A stretch of 63,555 nucleotides of DNA, filler included, from Folioceros fuciformis (Eukaryota): the NCBI GenBank assembly GCA_049999805.1. It is 5 parts of 4 records of this genome, joined end to end, with 100 filler letters (N's around TTAATTAATTAA, not from the genome) between each part and the next. Parts side by side here need not be neighbours in the genome. Positions count along the whole stretch, not along the records: positions 14,481 to 30,872 come from JBNGIO010005972.1; positions 30,973 to 51,977 come from JBNGIO010005972.1; 3 more parts are not named here. The stretch is one strand, 5' to 3'. Position 1 is the stretch's first letter. Each line of letters begins with the position of its first letter. Shown here in pieces: positions 24,771-38,768 of the stretch. The position numbers and the translations under genes are program-made. The notes beneath the pieces are model-generated. The model made no database searches, was not told where the DNA came from, and saw nothing but the letters and a program-made list of their open reading frames with translations.

Positions 24771-27700
24771 TCATAGCAGCTGCTGCAAGTAACTGGCATT
24801 TGCGGTTCCAGTGCTGCGGACCAATGCTGCGAACTTACTGTCCCTTGTCAGAAGCTGGTGCGGGGTGTCAAACTCGACGAGTTGGCCATTGTCCAGTACG
24901 AGAATCCGATCACTGTCTATGATGGTGTTGAGTCTGTGGGCAATGATGAGCATGGTGCAGGACCTGAACTCATCTCTGATGGTTTTCTGGATCAGAGCAT
25001 CCGTTGCCACATCCACTGCTGCAGTAGCCTCGTCAAGCACCAGGATCTTGGATTTCCGAAGTAGTGCTCTTGCGAGACTGAGAAGCTGCCTCTGGCCAAC
25101 GCTGAAATTCTCACCCCCTTCCGACACCTGCATGTCCAAACCTGCGGCGTTCTTTCGCACAACGTCCTTGAGATGGGACCTTTCAAGAGCTTCCCACAGA
25201 TCAGAATCAGCGTGTTGGGCGAAGGGATCGAGATTGAATCGGACGGTCCCTGAGAAGGTCACGGGTGACTGTGGGATGATCCCTAAGTTTCTCCTCAGGT
25301 CAGCCAAGCCGATCTTGGAGGTATCAATGCTGTCGATCAAAATCTGCCCGCTCTCGGACTCTACTATGCGGAAGAGGGCATTCATCATGCTGGACTTGCC
25401 AGCCCCCGTCCGCCCCACGATGCCAATCTTCTCAGTGGGCCTCACAGAGAAGGACAAGCCCCTCAGGACAGGGGGCAGGTGCGGCCTGTATCTCATCACC
25501 ACATGTTTAAACTGGATGGCTCCTGCTTCCGGCCAGGAAGACGGTGGGCGGCTGTCCTGGATAACGAGAGGCGCTTCCGCGAGCACATCGATATAGGTGC
25601 CCACTCTTTCCACAGCATTGAAGCTGTTTTCAGCCGCACTGGCACACCTCAAGACTGCCGTCATGTAGTTGGTGATGTTCAAGGCATAGCTGAGCAGCAG
25701 ACCCATCTGCGCAGCGAAGGCTGCCCGGTTAGAGGAGCGGGCATTTCCCAGCACAGCTAGGATCGCTGTCATGAAGATCATAAGCCCACCGAGGAACTCC
25801 AGGCGGATAGACAGCCACCTGTTGGAGCTCATGTTGATCAAGGTGAAGCGCACATTGTTGTCCATGGCAAGACCGTTTGCCTGCGCCACTCTGTCATGGG
25901 CCCTGAAGGCTCGGATAGTGGACAGCCCGTTGAGAGCCTCACTGAACTGCGCATACACGGGCGACCTGGACACGGAATCCAGCCGCTTCACCTCCCTTGC
26001 GGTGCTCTGGAAGTAGACGTAGGCCGCATAGAAGGCGAGGAGCAGAGGCAGCACAGCCCAAAGGGACAGCAAGCTCACGATCCCGATGAGCACGAAGGTG
26101 GATATGAGCTGGAAGAGGAAGGTGAGAAAGAGGCTGGTAATGACGACCACATTACGGTCGATGTCACCGGTGTCCCTAGCAAATCTGTTGATGATCCTAC
26201 CTAAGGGGTTGGAGTGGAAGAAGGACATGGGCGCCCTTAGGATGGACCCAAGCATGCTGTCGTGCAGGCGTCTGGCAGCAGCAAGACTGGAGAGCACTAG
26301 CCAGAAGGAGGTTCCGAACATGACCAACACCTGTATGAGGCAGAGCAGTGCATATATCCCGTTGTAGTAGTTGGTGGAATGCGTGTGCGGCTTGGTCTCG
26401 TCCGTCCAGATGCTGAGCCAGGTGCTGCTGCAAAGCCTAACTACCTCTGTGGCAACGAAGAGCGCGAAGAGTACCGTCACCACCCAGATCCCTCCCATGG
26501 CGGTGCTGTATCTGCGCAGCACCTGGAGGCTGATCACCCCGGTCTCCCTCTCCTCGGTGGTGACAAGCGTGGCCTTGGCCTTGGCTTTGCCGTCGGCTAG
26601 CGCTGCTGACTGCTCCTCCTCTTCACCATGATGGGTAGCGGCTTCCTTGGGGACGCTTCCTTTCCTGGAGAGGGACGGCGGACTGGTGAGCACCGCGTGG
26701 CCAGAGCCAGCTGCATCATCATCCTGGCCATGGTCATGGTGAGCAGCATCCACAGCATCTTCTGAGGCCCCGTCCTCCACACTCCCGCTCCCACTGCCCG
26801 CCGCGGCCGCATTCTCCATGAGCTGCCTGAAGAGAGGCCCGGTGCGCAGCAGCTCCTCGAACGAGCCCTGCTCCGCCACCTCCCCTTGGTGCACCACAAA
26901 CACCTTGTCCACATGAGCCAGAAAGTGCAGCTGGTTGGTGGCGAAGACGATTGTCTTCCCCTTGAGCGCCTCCTTCATGCAGCCGTCAAAGACGAGCTTG
27001 GCGACGTGCGCGTCGAGCGCGCTGAGGGGATCGTCAAACAGGTAGACATCCGCATCGGAATACAGGGCCCGCGCTATGGACACCCGCTGCTTCTGCCCCC
27101 CGCTGATGTTCACCCCGCGCTCTCCGATCTCGGTGAGGTCCCCCGCGGGAAACATTTGCAAATCATGCTCCAGCGCGCTCACACGGATGGCCCGCTCGTA
27201 GCGTGCGGGATCCATGGCGGCCCCGAACAGCACGTTCTCCCGCACCGTGGCATTGAAGATCCACGACACCTGCGGGACGTAGGCAACGCGGCCTCTCACC
27301 ACAGCGTCCGCACCCGCCACGGTGGGGATGTCCCCGAGGATGGCGCTCAGGATGGAGGTTTTGCCCTGGCCGGTGCCGCCCACCACGGCCACGAGGCTCC
27401 CGGCCTGCACCTCCAGGCTGATGCCCGCCAGCGTGGGCGGGGGCGCGGTCNNNNNNNNNNNNNNNNNNNNNNNNNNNNNNNNNNNNNNNNNNNNNNNNNN
27501 NNNNNNNNNNNNNNNNNNNNNNNNNNNNNNNNNNNNNNNNNNNNNNNNNNCCAAGTTGGGGAAGTTGTAGAGCGGGAAGCGTAGGACCGAGAAGAGGGAG
27601 AGCGAGGTGAAGGCCTTGGCGGGCGTGAGCTCCCCGCCCAGAAAGGCGTACAGGCCGAAGGCGATCACGGACACGAGAACGGGAACGCTGTTGAGCAGGA

Positions 27701-29312
27701 AGTTGTTGACGGCAGTCAGGGACAGTGCCTTGCGGAACCACGACATCTCGTGGGCGCGAACCTGGCCCACCTTGTCCCGGAAGCTCTCCTCCCACACGTA
27801 GCATTTCACAACGTCCATGGCGGCCAGTATCTCGTTCATGAGCCCGATGCGGCGATCCGTGCACAGCAGGCCCTCCTTGGTGAGGCGCTGCATCCGCTTC
27901 ACCACCAGCGTCTGAACGGGGAACATGAGCAGCAGCAGCAAAGAGCCTACCAGGCACGCCACCCCGAGCTGTTGGTACAGCAGATAGAGTGACAGACCGA
28001 TACGCAGCGGCGCCGACCACAGTCCGTGCAGCTGGTTGCACATCTGCTGCACCGCATCGGCGTCGGCCGTCATGAGGTTGTTGATCTTCCCGGCCGTGAA
28101 TCCCTTGACGGTGCGGCCTCGGTGGGTGAGGCGCAGGGATTTCCGGAACACGGCCGCCACGATGGCGGATCGCGCGCGGAACCCCACCCGCATCACGTTC
28201 TGGAAGTACTGAGCCTCGGAGAGCACCCCAAGCACCTGCCCCACGAAGATGCAGCCGGCGTACACGCAGCCCCGCCACGCAGGCTCCCCATTCTGCATAC
28301 TCTGCAGCAGCATGCTGAGGAACACCGGGCCGACGAACTGGGCCGCGTCGTTGCCGATCTTGCACAGCCCGCCCAGCACGAAGCGCGCCCCAAGCGCCCT
28401 GGCAAGAGCGCGCACAAGCCTCGGCCTGGGCCTGGCCAACTCCTCCTGCCACCTCCTCTCCAAGCGCGCGTGCAGCGCCTCTGTGCGGTCCCAGCTCTCC
28501 AGCCGCCACACATCTCCTTCCTGGATGGGACGCCGGAACCCCAGCGAAATGAGCGGCGTCATCCAGCTGAAAAGGAGCCATGACACGAAGCCGGCCTTCC
28601 GCTCCGGGAACTCCCCGGGGCCCGCCTCCTTATCCTTCCTCGCACCATGGTCCTCCGCTGCGAGCGCCGCGTATCCCGCCTCCTCTTCCTCCGCCTGCTC
28701 CAATCCCGGGAAGTAGGTGAGCAGCAGCAGCGCCAGCAGCAGCTGAGCGCCCAGCTGCGCAGCCTCCAGGGTCGCGATGCTGGCCGGGAAGAAGGCGCGG
28801 AGCTGGAACAAGTACTGCAGCCGCGTCGCCTGGGCCAGCAGCACGTAGCACACACCGAAGCGCAAGTACCAGCTCGCGTCCCGCACGTACGCGCGGGTCT
28901 CGGCGGCCAGGACCGACGCCACCGATGCCCAGGCCAGGGATCCCAGCGCCAGACCCAGCACCTCTGCCGGAGGGAGAGGCGCGCCTGCTTGCGGATCCAC
29001 GCTGCTCCATCCCAGGCCCAGCTGCGATGCCGGGATGGCAGCGCACACAAGTGCCAACAGGAGGAGCACACAATGCTGGACGCCCACGCGGCGCAAGCGA
29101 AAGCGCTGCAAGCCCAGGCTCAGGCTCAGGCCCGGCGCCGCGCCTGCAGACAGCAGCAGACGCAGTCGCCATACCGCCACGCCCAATAGCACCAACTGGG
29201 AGAGGCCCAACACCACCGCGTAAAGCAGACATGGCGTCAGGGCGCCGAACCCGTCTGCCAGCTGCGTCTCCCACACTCCTCCACTCACGGGGCGGCAAAA
29301 AGACCCACCCAT
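24771..29312 (-). CDS. ABC transporter C family (MRP; ABCC1/ABCC2-like), apparently intronless, with an internal 100-N gap
   Basis: ATG 29312 gives [14 protein letters not shown]...FGALTPC (TMD0 like plant ABCC1/2). NBD1 [25 protein letters not shown]2 [24 protein letters not shown]. Gap 27451-27550 hides part of the TMD1-NBD1 linker. Confidence 0.93.
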   Translation of the reverse strand: MGGSFCRPVSGGVWETQLADGFGALTPCLLYAVVLGLSQLVLLGVAVWRLRLLLSAGAAPGLSLSLGLQRFRLRRVGVQHCVLLLLALVCAAIPASQLGLGWSSVDPQAGAPLPPAEVLGLALGSLAWASVASVLAAETRAYVRDASWYLRFGVCYVLLAQATRLQYLFQLRAFFPASIATLEAAQLGAQLLLALLLLTYFPGLEQAEEEEAGYAALAAEDHGARKDKEAGPGEFPERKAGFVSWLLFSWMTPLISLGFRRPIQEGDVWRLESWDRTEALHARLERRWQEELARPRPRLVRALARALGARFVLGGLCKIGNDAAQFVGPVFLSMLLQSMQNGEPAWRGCVYAGCIFVGQVLGVLSEAQYFQNVMRVGFRARSAIVAAVFRKSLRLTHRGRTVKGFTAGKINNLMTADADAVQQMCNQLHGLWSAPLRIGLSLYLLYQQLGVACLVGSLLLLLMFPVQTLVVKRMQRLTKEGLLCTDRRIGLMNEILAAMDVVKCYVWEESFRDKVGQVRAHEMSWFRKALSLTAVNNFLLNSVPVLVSVIAFGLYAFLGGELTPAKAFTSLSLFSVLRFPLYNFPNLXXXXXXXXXXXXXXXXXXXXXXXXXXXXXXXXXXTAPPPTLAGISLEVQAGSLVAVVGGTGQGKTSILSAILGDIPTVAGADAVVRGRVAYVPQVSWIFNATVRENVLFGAAMDPARYERAIRVSALEHDLQMFPAGDLTEIGERGVNISGGQKQRVSIARALYSDADVYLFDDPLSALDAHVAKLVFDGCMKEALKGKTIVFATNQLHFLAHVDKVFVVHQGEVAEQGSFEELLRTGPLFRQLMENAAAAGSGSGSVEDGASEDAVDAAHHDHGQDDDAAGSGHAVLTSPPSLSRKGSVPKEAATHHGEEEEQSAALADGKAKAKATLVTTEERETGVISLQVLRRYSTAMGGIWVVTVLFALFVATEVVRLCSSTWLSIWTDETKPHTHSTNYYNGIYALLCLIQVLVMFGTSFWLVLSSLAAARRLHDSMLGSILRAPMSFFHSNPLGRIINRFARDTGDIDRNVVVITSLFLTFLFQLISTFVLIGIVSLLSLWAVLPLLLAFYAAYVYFQSTAREVKRLDSVSRSPVYAQFSEALNGLSTIRAFRAHDRVAQANGLAMDNNVRFTLINMSSNRWLSIRLEFLGGLMIFMTAILAVLGNARSSNRAAFAAQMGLLLSYALNITNYMTAVLRCASAAENSFNAVERVGTYIDVLAEAPLVIQDSRPPSSWPEAGAIQFKHVVMRYRPHLPPVLRGLSFSVRPTEKIGIVGRTGAGKSSMMNALFRIVESESGQILIDSIDTSKIGLADLRRNLGIIPQSPVTFSGTVRFNLDPFAQHADSDLWEALERSHLKDVVRKNAAGLDMQVSEGGENFSVGQRQLLSLARALLRKSKILVLDEATAAVDVATDALIQKTIRDEFRSCTMLIIAHRLNTIIDSDRILVLDNGQLVEFDTPHQLLTRDSKFAALVRSTGTANASYLQQLL

Positions 29313-29798
29313 ATTGCTCCTGCCACTGCTCCCTCCTCCTTCTGCCGTTTTAAAGGCGCAGAAGCAGTAGCTGGAGCTGGCACTGCCCCACTGCCTCTGC
29401 ACCTGCCCCGAGACTCTGTAACTTTATACTTGCACACTACCTACAGTACTTTGAGAAAGGACTGAGGAAGGGACGATGTCGCATGCCTAGAAAGTCATGA
29501 GGAACCAAGCACTGCCGGACCTGCGAGGCAGCAGGCCTAGAAACTTCCTGGTTGACCCCTGGATTCCATTCCCAGGGCATTGCAACAGTGAGCATAAATA
29601 CATCCGGTAGAGTAAACTGTGTGTACCGCCCACCTCTCATCACTACACACCGTACAACAAACGCACCCACCCGGACCCGCCTGCCCCTACACACCTTACC
29701 ACACATGGAGGTACTGTACATACATACATATGTAGTGTATGTACATCCATCCATACCGAGACCCAGGGTGACAACGCAGCATTGGCATGCACGTCAAC

Positions 29799-30793
29799 TT
29801 ACCGCGGTAGCAGGGAGTTGAGGTTAGCCACCGTGTAAGCAAAGACGGCCATTGTCGCTGAGCAATGCTGCAGTTGCTCAGGAGAGAGCTTGTCGATGGT
29901 GTCCGCAGCTGTGTGGTGGTACCTGCACATGCCATGGCCAACCAAAACCGACAACTCATCAGACCTGCGTATGTACGCCCACACAGCAACACAAACAACT
30001 TTACGCCACGACAGACACATACCAGAAGTAGGCGTTATCCTGGAATTTGGGTGGGGCGTAGGGAGGATTATCGAACCCTGCGCACGGGTTGTTGGAATGG
30101 TTACCCACTCGCGGGTCTAGGACCATGAGACTGCTGCCGGGCACTCCTTGCTCCGTCTGCAACCCCGTCGGAGTCAGTGCCCATCTGGCTGGATACAGGT
30201 CAGTCCCTCGCCAAACCCTACCTACCTTGAAGTTACGAGTGGTACCCAACCCCCAGGCGATGAATGAATGGCACACACCAGGTAAAAGATGTCCTCGCCC
30301 ACGTCGTCTCCCGAGACATTCCCAGATCCAATTCCAGACAGTAGCGTCTCTCCTATCTGCTTTGCACCACATCCAACCGTGTCCCACCACCAAGTCAGAG
30401 ACGGACCAGACATAATCTAACAATACGACAAAGGCTAGATATGCTCCCGGCCCCACTTACATCCTTCAATATACCACGTGCCGCTTTCGAGCCTTGGAAT
30501 GACACCCCGTAAGGGGTGAACGTACCCCCGTCCGACTCCAATGACCAGCTAGTCCTGTTCAGTTCAAAAATGGCGGCCATGAAATAAAGGACATCAAACC
30601 ACCCCAATCCGCACCCACTATACCCCCAACCGGTGGCTGGCCTGGATTGGGTAATAACTTACAAATTCGCTTCGTGTTGATGGTTGTGCGCGTACTGGAT
30701 CGCGCCTTTACTCCCGTTCTCCTCGTTCACGAACAGCACTGCACGCAGAGTTCGCTTCGGCTTGAGGCCCAACGAGCGAATCACACGGAGCAC
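29799..30793 (-). CDS. Carboxypeptidase Q-like M28 metallopeptidase, last five exons only (5' part cut by contig end)
   Basis: Spliced product LGLKPKRTLRAVLFVNEENGSKG / LESDGGTFTPYG / VGEDI / QGVPG / YFWYHHTAADTIDKL...LLPR*. M28 motifs EE, ESD, HHT..D; GT-AG introns in phase. Confidence 0.82.
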
Positions 30794-30872
30794 CTGCAGC
30801 CACATATTCCAACATTTCACCACACAAGCGACAAACAAACACATGAGGCACCGTACCCGCACGAGGTACGTT

Positions 30873-30972
30873 NNNNNNNNNNNNNNNNNNNNNNNNNNNN
30901 NNNNNNNNNNNNNNNNTTAATTAATTAANNNNNNNNNNNNNNNNNNNNNNNNNNNNNNNNNNNNNNNNNNNN
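30873..30972. other. Artificial contig-joining linker
   Basis: N44-TTAATTAATTAA-N44. Confidence 0.97.
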
Positions 30973-31380
30973 TGAACAGCTCTTAGGGCTGCTCTCATTT
31001 CCAGTGCGCAGTCGACTTTAGGTTAGGCTAGCATCATTCGAAACTGACGTAACCTGTACAATCAACCCGTTCTCACTCGCACAGTCTTCTGTAGACCAAT
31101 GTGTGAAATTTTGATACTGCAACGGTAATATCCTGGGGCAAAACTCGCATCCTAAGGTAGATTGCATTCCGCACTGTCTATCCTGCATCTGCTAGGATGT
31201 GCATCTCTAATTCACTTCCGCTCTGCGAGATGGCACTTGGGCGAGGGTCATGAGGAAGGGCAGTGATGTAAAACTTTGGCTCGTCAGAACGGCACATACT
31301 TTGCAATATCCCATGTTTGAGCTCATCTCAGACAAGCGTACATCAGTCGTTTCTTCGACTCGAGTGGCAGCCTAGGCTGC

Positions 31381-31703
31381 TCACGTCCGACCCCCTGCTT
31401 CTGCTGACTCTTTCCTCTTGCGCACCATTTCCCTGATCTCTTCCGGAGGAGGAGGCCTTGGTCCTTCGGGCGGATACACCACGTACGGCCGCTGCGTGCA
31501 AATACCAGGGTTAGTCCAGCAGTCGCCGCACCAAGCTGCATCTGATGTGCAAATCACGAAGACCTTTTGCAGTGCAGGGATGTGTAGCTCACTCGTTTAA
31601 TCAGCTTCTCAAGATTCTCTGGATTGGCCACCACTATCATCATGGTGACCGGTATGGCAACGTACAACCCGAATTTGAACATCTCTAAAAGGCCTTTGGC
31701 CAT
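31381..31703 (-). CDS. PET100: PET100-like cytochrome c oxidase assembly factor, 73 aa, exons 31703-31593 and 31491-31381
   Basis: Hand translation: MAKGLLEMFKFGLYVAIPVTMMIVVANPENLEKLIKR|RPYVVYPPEGPRPPPPEEIREMVRKRKESAEAGGRT*. Matches the plant PET100 pattern (KG.LE..KF..YV.IP, YVVYP.E.PRPP.PEE.RE). Not in the ORF track. Confidence 0.88.
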
Positions 31704-32088
31704 CTCCGCACCGTTCGTCCGCTCAAGCTGGCGCAGCTAGTTCACGTACAATGTGTCTGCCTTCCTTCACAATAGTAACCTAATTCAAGGTTGTGGACCA
31801 AGGGGTACGTTCCTTCGTCGGGACCGATCTGCCTCTGTCGGTGTGCAGTCCTGAGTATCATGTATTTCTGCTGGGACCGAACAAGTCGCTGCAGCTTCTG
31901 ATTTAAGCATCCCAGCCATGACAGAATTCCAACACACTTTTGCGTTTCCTCCCAGCTAATAATTTCTCCCGTGTATGATGGATTTCATTCCAGGTGTCGT
32001 TATGATACCTGTTCTCTACTGACGTTCGAAGCTCCGAACACCATGTTGGCTCTGTGACAAGGGACTCCGGACCTTACAGATTCCGCAA

Positions 32089-34486
<2,398 letters not shown>

Positions 34487-35621
34487 AGGCACCATGGAGG
34501 GAACATTGATGAATTTGACAATACTTTCTGGTTCCAACCTCGGATTCCTCAGGTGCGAGCGCTGTAGCCGGAGTAAAGCGTGCGGAGGCAGGTAACTCAT
34601 ACCTCCTGAGTGTGGTTATGCTGCTTTGGAAGTGCAGGCTTGTTCTCATGTGTGGTCGTGGGACAGTTTCGGACAAGCGAATCAGTTGTCTGAAGTTGTG
34701 GCACAGATGTCGTGCTCCTTGTCCTGGCAGCGGGAGATTGCTGTCATGGGTTTCAATGTCGCCTTGGACAGCGGGGCGTGCGCTTTGAATGCTAAGGTGA
34801 CCTGCCTTATCTCCCGACCCCGCCTTGGTCTCCGGGTGAACAAGATACGTATGTAATCCGTCCTCCTGTATCAACAGGGTAACAGCACTCCTGTTCGACA
34901 AATGCGTGATGCACAGCGCGCAGAGCCAGATGGGTCGCCTTCTAGTGTTTCATTCCTTCATCATCGTGTATTAAACAGTTCTTATTATTTATACTTTACT
35001 GCGGAACGTAATTGGCCTTCCTGGGTCGCGCTGCCGATTCGCCCGTGGCCCGGTCACGTGCAGATCAACCTTTCCCTCCGTTGGGAACCTTTTGAAGAGC
35101 CGTCTTGGATTGTTCGGCCTCGTTATTTTGCCCTCCCTGTAGTTCAATAAATGCTGCACTTATATTACTTAAATCGGGATAGGGTTTTTAGTTAACTCTA
35201 CACCCGGCTTGTATGTATGTGTACATGACTCTTTGGTATGACATAGGCAAAGGTAAGCCCAACGCCAGCGTCGCAACCTGGGGAGAAAAACGTATGAGCT
35301 GTAGAGATATACATATATACGAGATTGCACGTCCACCACGCACTTGGTGGCTTTTTACTCAATTGGAAAATTAAAATGAACATGAGGGGAAAGCAGCCGG
35401 CGATACTCAGCTGGAATGCCTGCCGCGCAAGTCGAAGTCCGGCAGATCTTACTGCTCCCCGCGGACATGCGTTGCGCTGGGCCTCGCTTCACTCTGTTGC
35501 CGGTCCATGAGCAGGTGAAGGGGGTGGGAGGCTGTGCCTGTCTCCGCAGCACTTGCTCAGGGTTTCAATTCACACGGGAAGAACTTCGGCGGGGCCAATT
35601 TGGAAGAGGTTAGGATCATCC

Positions 35622-37143
35622 ATGGCCATGGCTGTGGCCAGGGCGGGGCCTGCTGCAGCTCCTGCCTTTGCCAACTCCGCTTCGGTAAGATTGCATGTCG
35701 ACTGTCCGAGACCGCAGCGAATCCGGGCCTATTCTTGCCACCTTGCGGCAGGCTCCTCCGTAAGAGGTGGGAGGACGGGGCCTGGCTGGAGAGTTGCGTG
35801 CGAGGCCACTAACAACGGGGATTACAATAGCTTAAGTAAACTTGCGGAGGAGGCCAAGAGGAAGGCGGCAGACGCTGCCAAGGCGTTCACGTCTAAAGCT
35901 GAGGAGGTGCTCAATGATGCCAAGCGCAAAGCTATGGAGTTCCAGGACAACAACGACTTGAAGGGGAAAGCAGCTAAAGCTGCGAGGCAAGCCAATCAGA
36001 GGCTGGAAGAACTCGGGTACGATGTCAGGAAGCAGGCTGTTAGATGGGATCGGGAATACGGTCTTTCGGAAAAAGCTCAGAGGGCAAGGGAGTTCGCGCA
36101 TGAGCAGGCGCGGAATGTCGACAAGGACTTGAACCTTCGTCAAAGATTGCGCAACTTCCGATCTGAATTTCAATTGAAGTGGCCAAGGGTACGTAATTTG
36201 TCCCTGAAATTTGCACTGTGTGAATGGTTGGGCAGCTCGTGTGTGCACTCCGCATTTAGGTTTTTGGAGAGTGGTACGTGTTTGGAGTTGCTTGCTCACC
36301 TGGCAAATAGGTCGTCACGGGCTAGGCAGGATGCTACGATTGCCATCATGGTATTGTTTCTGCTAGGATTGAGGCTGAGGTGTTCGTTGGAGAAGGGAGC
36401 AGATTCCAGTTGTTTTCCAAAGATGTCGATGAGCTTCAGGCTGAAGCTCGCGTGCGGAGTGTCGATGTTTCTCTGTTCCCTCCACGCTCAAAGCTTTTTT
36501 GTGAACGTTGTTATTCACACCCTTGTCTTCATTGAATGCTGTTGAGGGATCATGGCAGTTTCTGGGCTTTTTTCAGTTGCTGAGGTGAAACGCTGACTTT
36601 TGCAGTACAGAAGGCAGATTAACAATTTCTTGGACACATCTGTCGGTAAGGCAGTTGTTGTGAGTAATTCAACCGACACCCTCGTCTTTCGTCAAGTTGT
36701 TCACAGTGCTTCTGGGACGTTGAACAATAACCCAACTTCTTTCTTCCATTGCAGACGTTGTTCTTTGCGTGGTTTGTTTTCTCTGGCTGGTTCTTTAGGC
36801 TCTTTTTCTACTCCGTCTGGCTTCTCCCACTTGCAGCTCCACTGCTAATCGGATCCCTCTCGAGAAATCTAATCGTGGAGGTTCGGAACTTACATCCTTT
36901 CGTTGTCTTTTAGATTCCAGTCCTGGACACGAAATAAGCCAACACCCCTCCATAAGCTTGCTAACAATTTTCCTTTTCCGGCAGGGATCTTGCCCCGCTT
37001 GCGGTACGAGGTACGTTGGCGGTCGAAATCAGGTGGTTGTGTGCCAACGTTGCCGAGGGATTGTTTGGCAACCACGGCAGGATTTCTCCAAGGACAAAAG
37101 CGCCGACCCAACAATCATCGACATCGACGTGGACCAAAAATAA
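35622..37143 (+). CDS. Conserved plant protein of unknown function: putative transit peptide, helical region, TM segment, C-terminal Zn ribbon (exons 35622-36188, 36606-36659, 36755-36880, 36985-37143)
   Basis: Ala/Arg/Ser-rich N-terminus, WPR|YRRQINNFLDT, hydrophobic exon 3, CPAC...CQRC.GIVWQP, IIDID tail. Canonical splice sites in phase 0. Confidence 0.8.
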
Positions 37144-37307
37144 AGCTCTTCGTTAGACTATACTTCCAGTTGTGTATCATTATCATTTTCCTATGAGTTT
37201 GATGGTTCTGGTCATGTTGGGAGAATTGAACGTCGCACACCTCACCTAATAATGATCGGCACTATTGCGGCTCACCGGCTCTGTCAAGCAGGCAAGTCGT
37301 AAAGCTC

Positions 37308-38618
37308 TCAGCCTGTCAAGTAGGCCTTCGTCTGATCGTTGGGGGTGCAACCATTTTGTTGCATCTCTCTCACCAAGTCCTTCGCCCTGGCTAGCCGCCC
37401 TTCTTTGCAGTAGAGTTTCACTAGGACGTTATAGATATCAAGGGTTGGTGAAAACCCATCTGCCCTCAGTTTCTTAAACATGTTGGAGACCTTGGGCAAA
37501 TCCTCTAACTCCCCTAACACGTTAATGATAACCTGATAGCCCATGAGGTCCAGAGAACAATTTGCCTGCTCCATCTCCCACACCACAGCAGCAGCCTCTC
37601 TATGCCTTCCAGCCCTGGCGCGAGCAGAGATGAGACAAGTGTACATAATCACGTTCGGCTTCCTGCCTCTCGCCTTGTAGTTATCGAAAAGGCTCTCTGC
37701 TTCTTGTAGCAAGCCAACCTTGCTGCAGGCCGCCATGGCGGCAGAGCATTCCTCCAGCTTCAAATCCACACTCTTCTCCTTCATCCTGCCCAGCAGATCC
37801 TCCACCAGACTTCGAGACTTTAACCTGCTGGCCTCCGCAATCAGCTTTCCGTACACAAGAGCAATATCGGAAGCCGTACCAACCAATTCAAGCCTGTTCA
37901 AGGCCTTGATAGCACTCTCCACCATGCCAGCTTCCGCCAAAGCAATGGCCAGCGACTGAGACACCAGTGCAGGACTCTGCTGCGCAGACTGCGCGAGCTT
38001 GCAAGCTTTCTTCACATCACCAGCCTGTACCATCACCTGGATCACAGCCCGCAAAGCTGTGTCATTCGGGACAAGCAGCGAATTTTCTTGAAACCACTCA
38101 AACACCTCGCAAGCCCGGCTTGCCAGGCTCATCTTCTGACCCAGCTCACGAATAAGCCGAGCCTGTTCGAACAATCTCAGCCGGTGCAGGTTCCTGCACA
38201 TCAGCTCTCCCACGCCCACTCCATCTGGCAAATCTCGGATGCGGCCCGCTATAGCAGCTACATGATCCTCCGGTTCACCAGCGTCCGGGTCAGCTTTAAC
38301 CTGAGGCCGCTGCCGCCGCCGTTGCTTGGGGCGTGGCAGCGCCTCCGGCCTCTTGAGATTATGCGGCATAGTTGCAGGCAATTTTCGATCATCCTCAGGC
38401 TTGGGAACAGACGCAACGGATTCAAAGAAACCCACACCACCTCGCCCTTCGCGGTTAGCTTCCGAAGCCTCGTTCGACGGAGCTTGCCTGGCTGCGAGTT
38501 TGGCCTGCCCCTGCGCCAGGCTGCGGGGACAACGAACCCCTTCTTGCTTGTTGCCTCCTACACTGCTGGCAACGGAAACCGACAGACTGGCCCAGTGCCA
38601 GTTCTTCGCTGTACTCAT
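37308..38618 (-). CDS. P-class pentatricopeptide repeat protein
   Basis: 436-aa ORF with 35-aa repeats (KPNVIMYTCLISARARAG, DLMGYQVIINVLG, PTLDIYNVLVKLYCKEG) after a transit-peptide-like N-terminus. Confidence 0.88.
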   Translation of the reverse strand: MSTAKNWHWASLSVSVASSVGGNKQEGVRCPRSLAQGQAKLAARQAPSNEASEANREGRGGVGFFESVASVPKPEDDRKLPATMPHNLKRPEALPRPKQRRRQRPQVKADPDAGEPEDHVAAIAGRIRDLPDGVGVGELMCRNLHRLRLFEQARLIRELGQKMSLASRACEVFEWFQENSLLVPNDTALRAVIQVMVQAGDVKKACKLAQSAQQSPALVSQSLAIALAEAGMVESAIKALNRLELVGTASDIALVYGKLIAEASRLKSRSLVEDLLGRMKEKSVDLKLEECSAAMAACSKVGLLQEAESLFDNYKARGRKPNVIMYTCLISARARAGRHREAAAVVWEMEQANCSLDLMGYQVIINVLGELEDLPKVSNMFKKLRADGFSPTLDIYNVLVKLYCKEGRLARAKDLVREMQQNGCTPNDQTKAYLTG

Positions 38619-38768
38619 CCTTGGACCAACCTGGTGAAGAAATGGAAGACGGTTCTGTATTGTCGAAGAATATCACAGAATATGACATCAAATCTTGAAC
38701 AACATCTGCTCATTGGTTTATCCAATCAGTGCAATTATGCAGCAAACGCCGAAAACAAAAGCCCTAGG

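Noticed and set aside
27163-29353. Long alternative-frame and antisense ORFs (e.g. 27163..28581, 28630..29298)
   Set aside because: Shadow ORFs of the very GC-rich ABCC coding sequence, with no recognisable domains.
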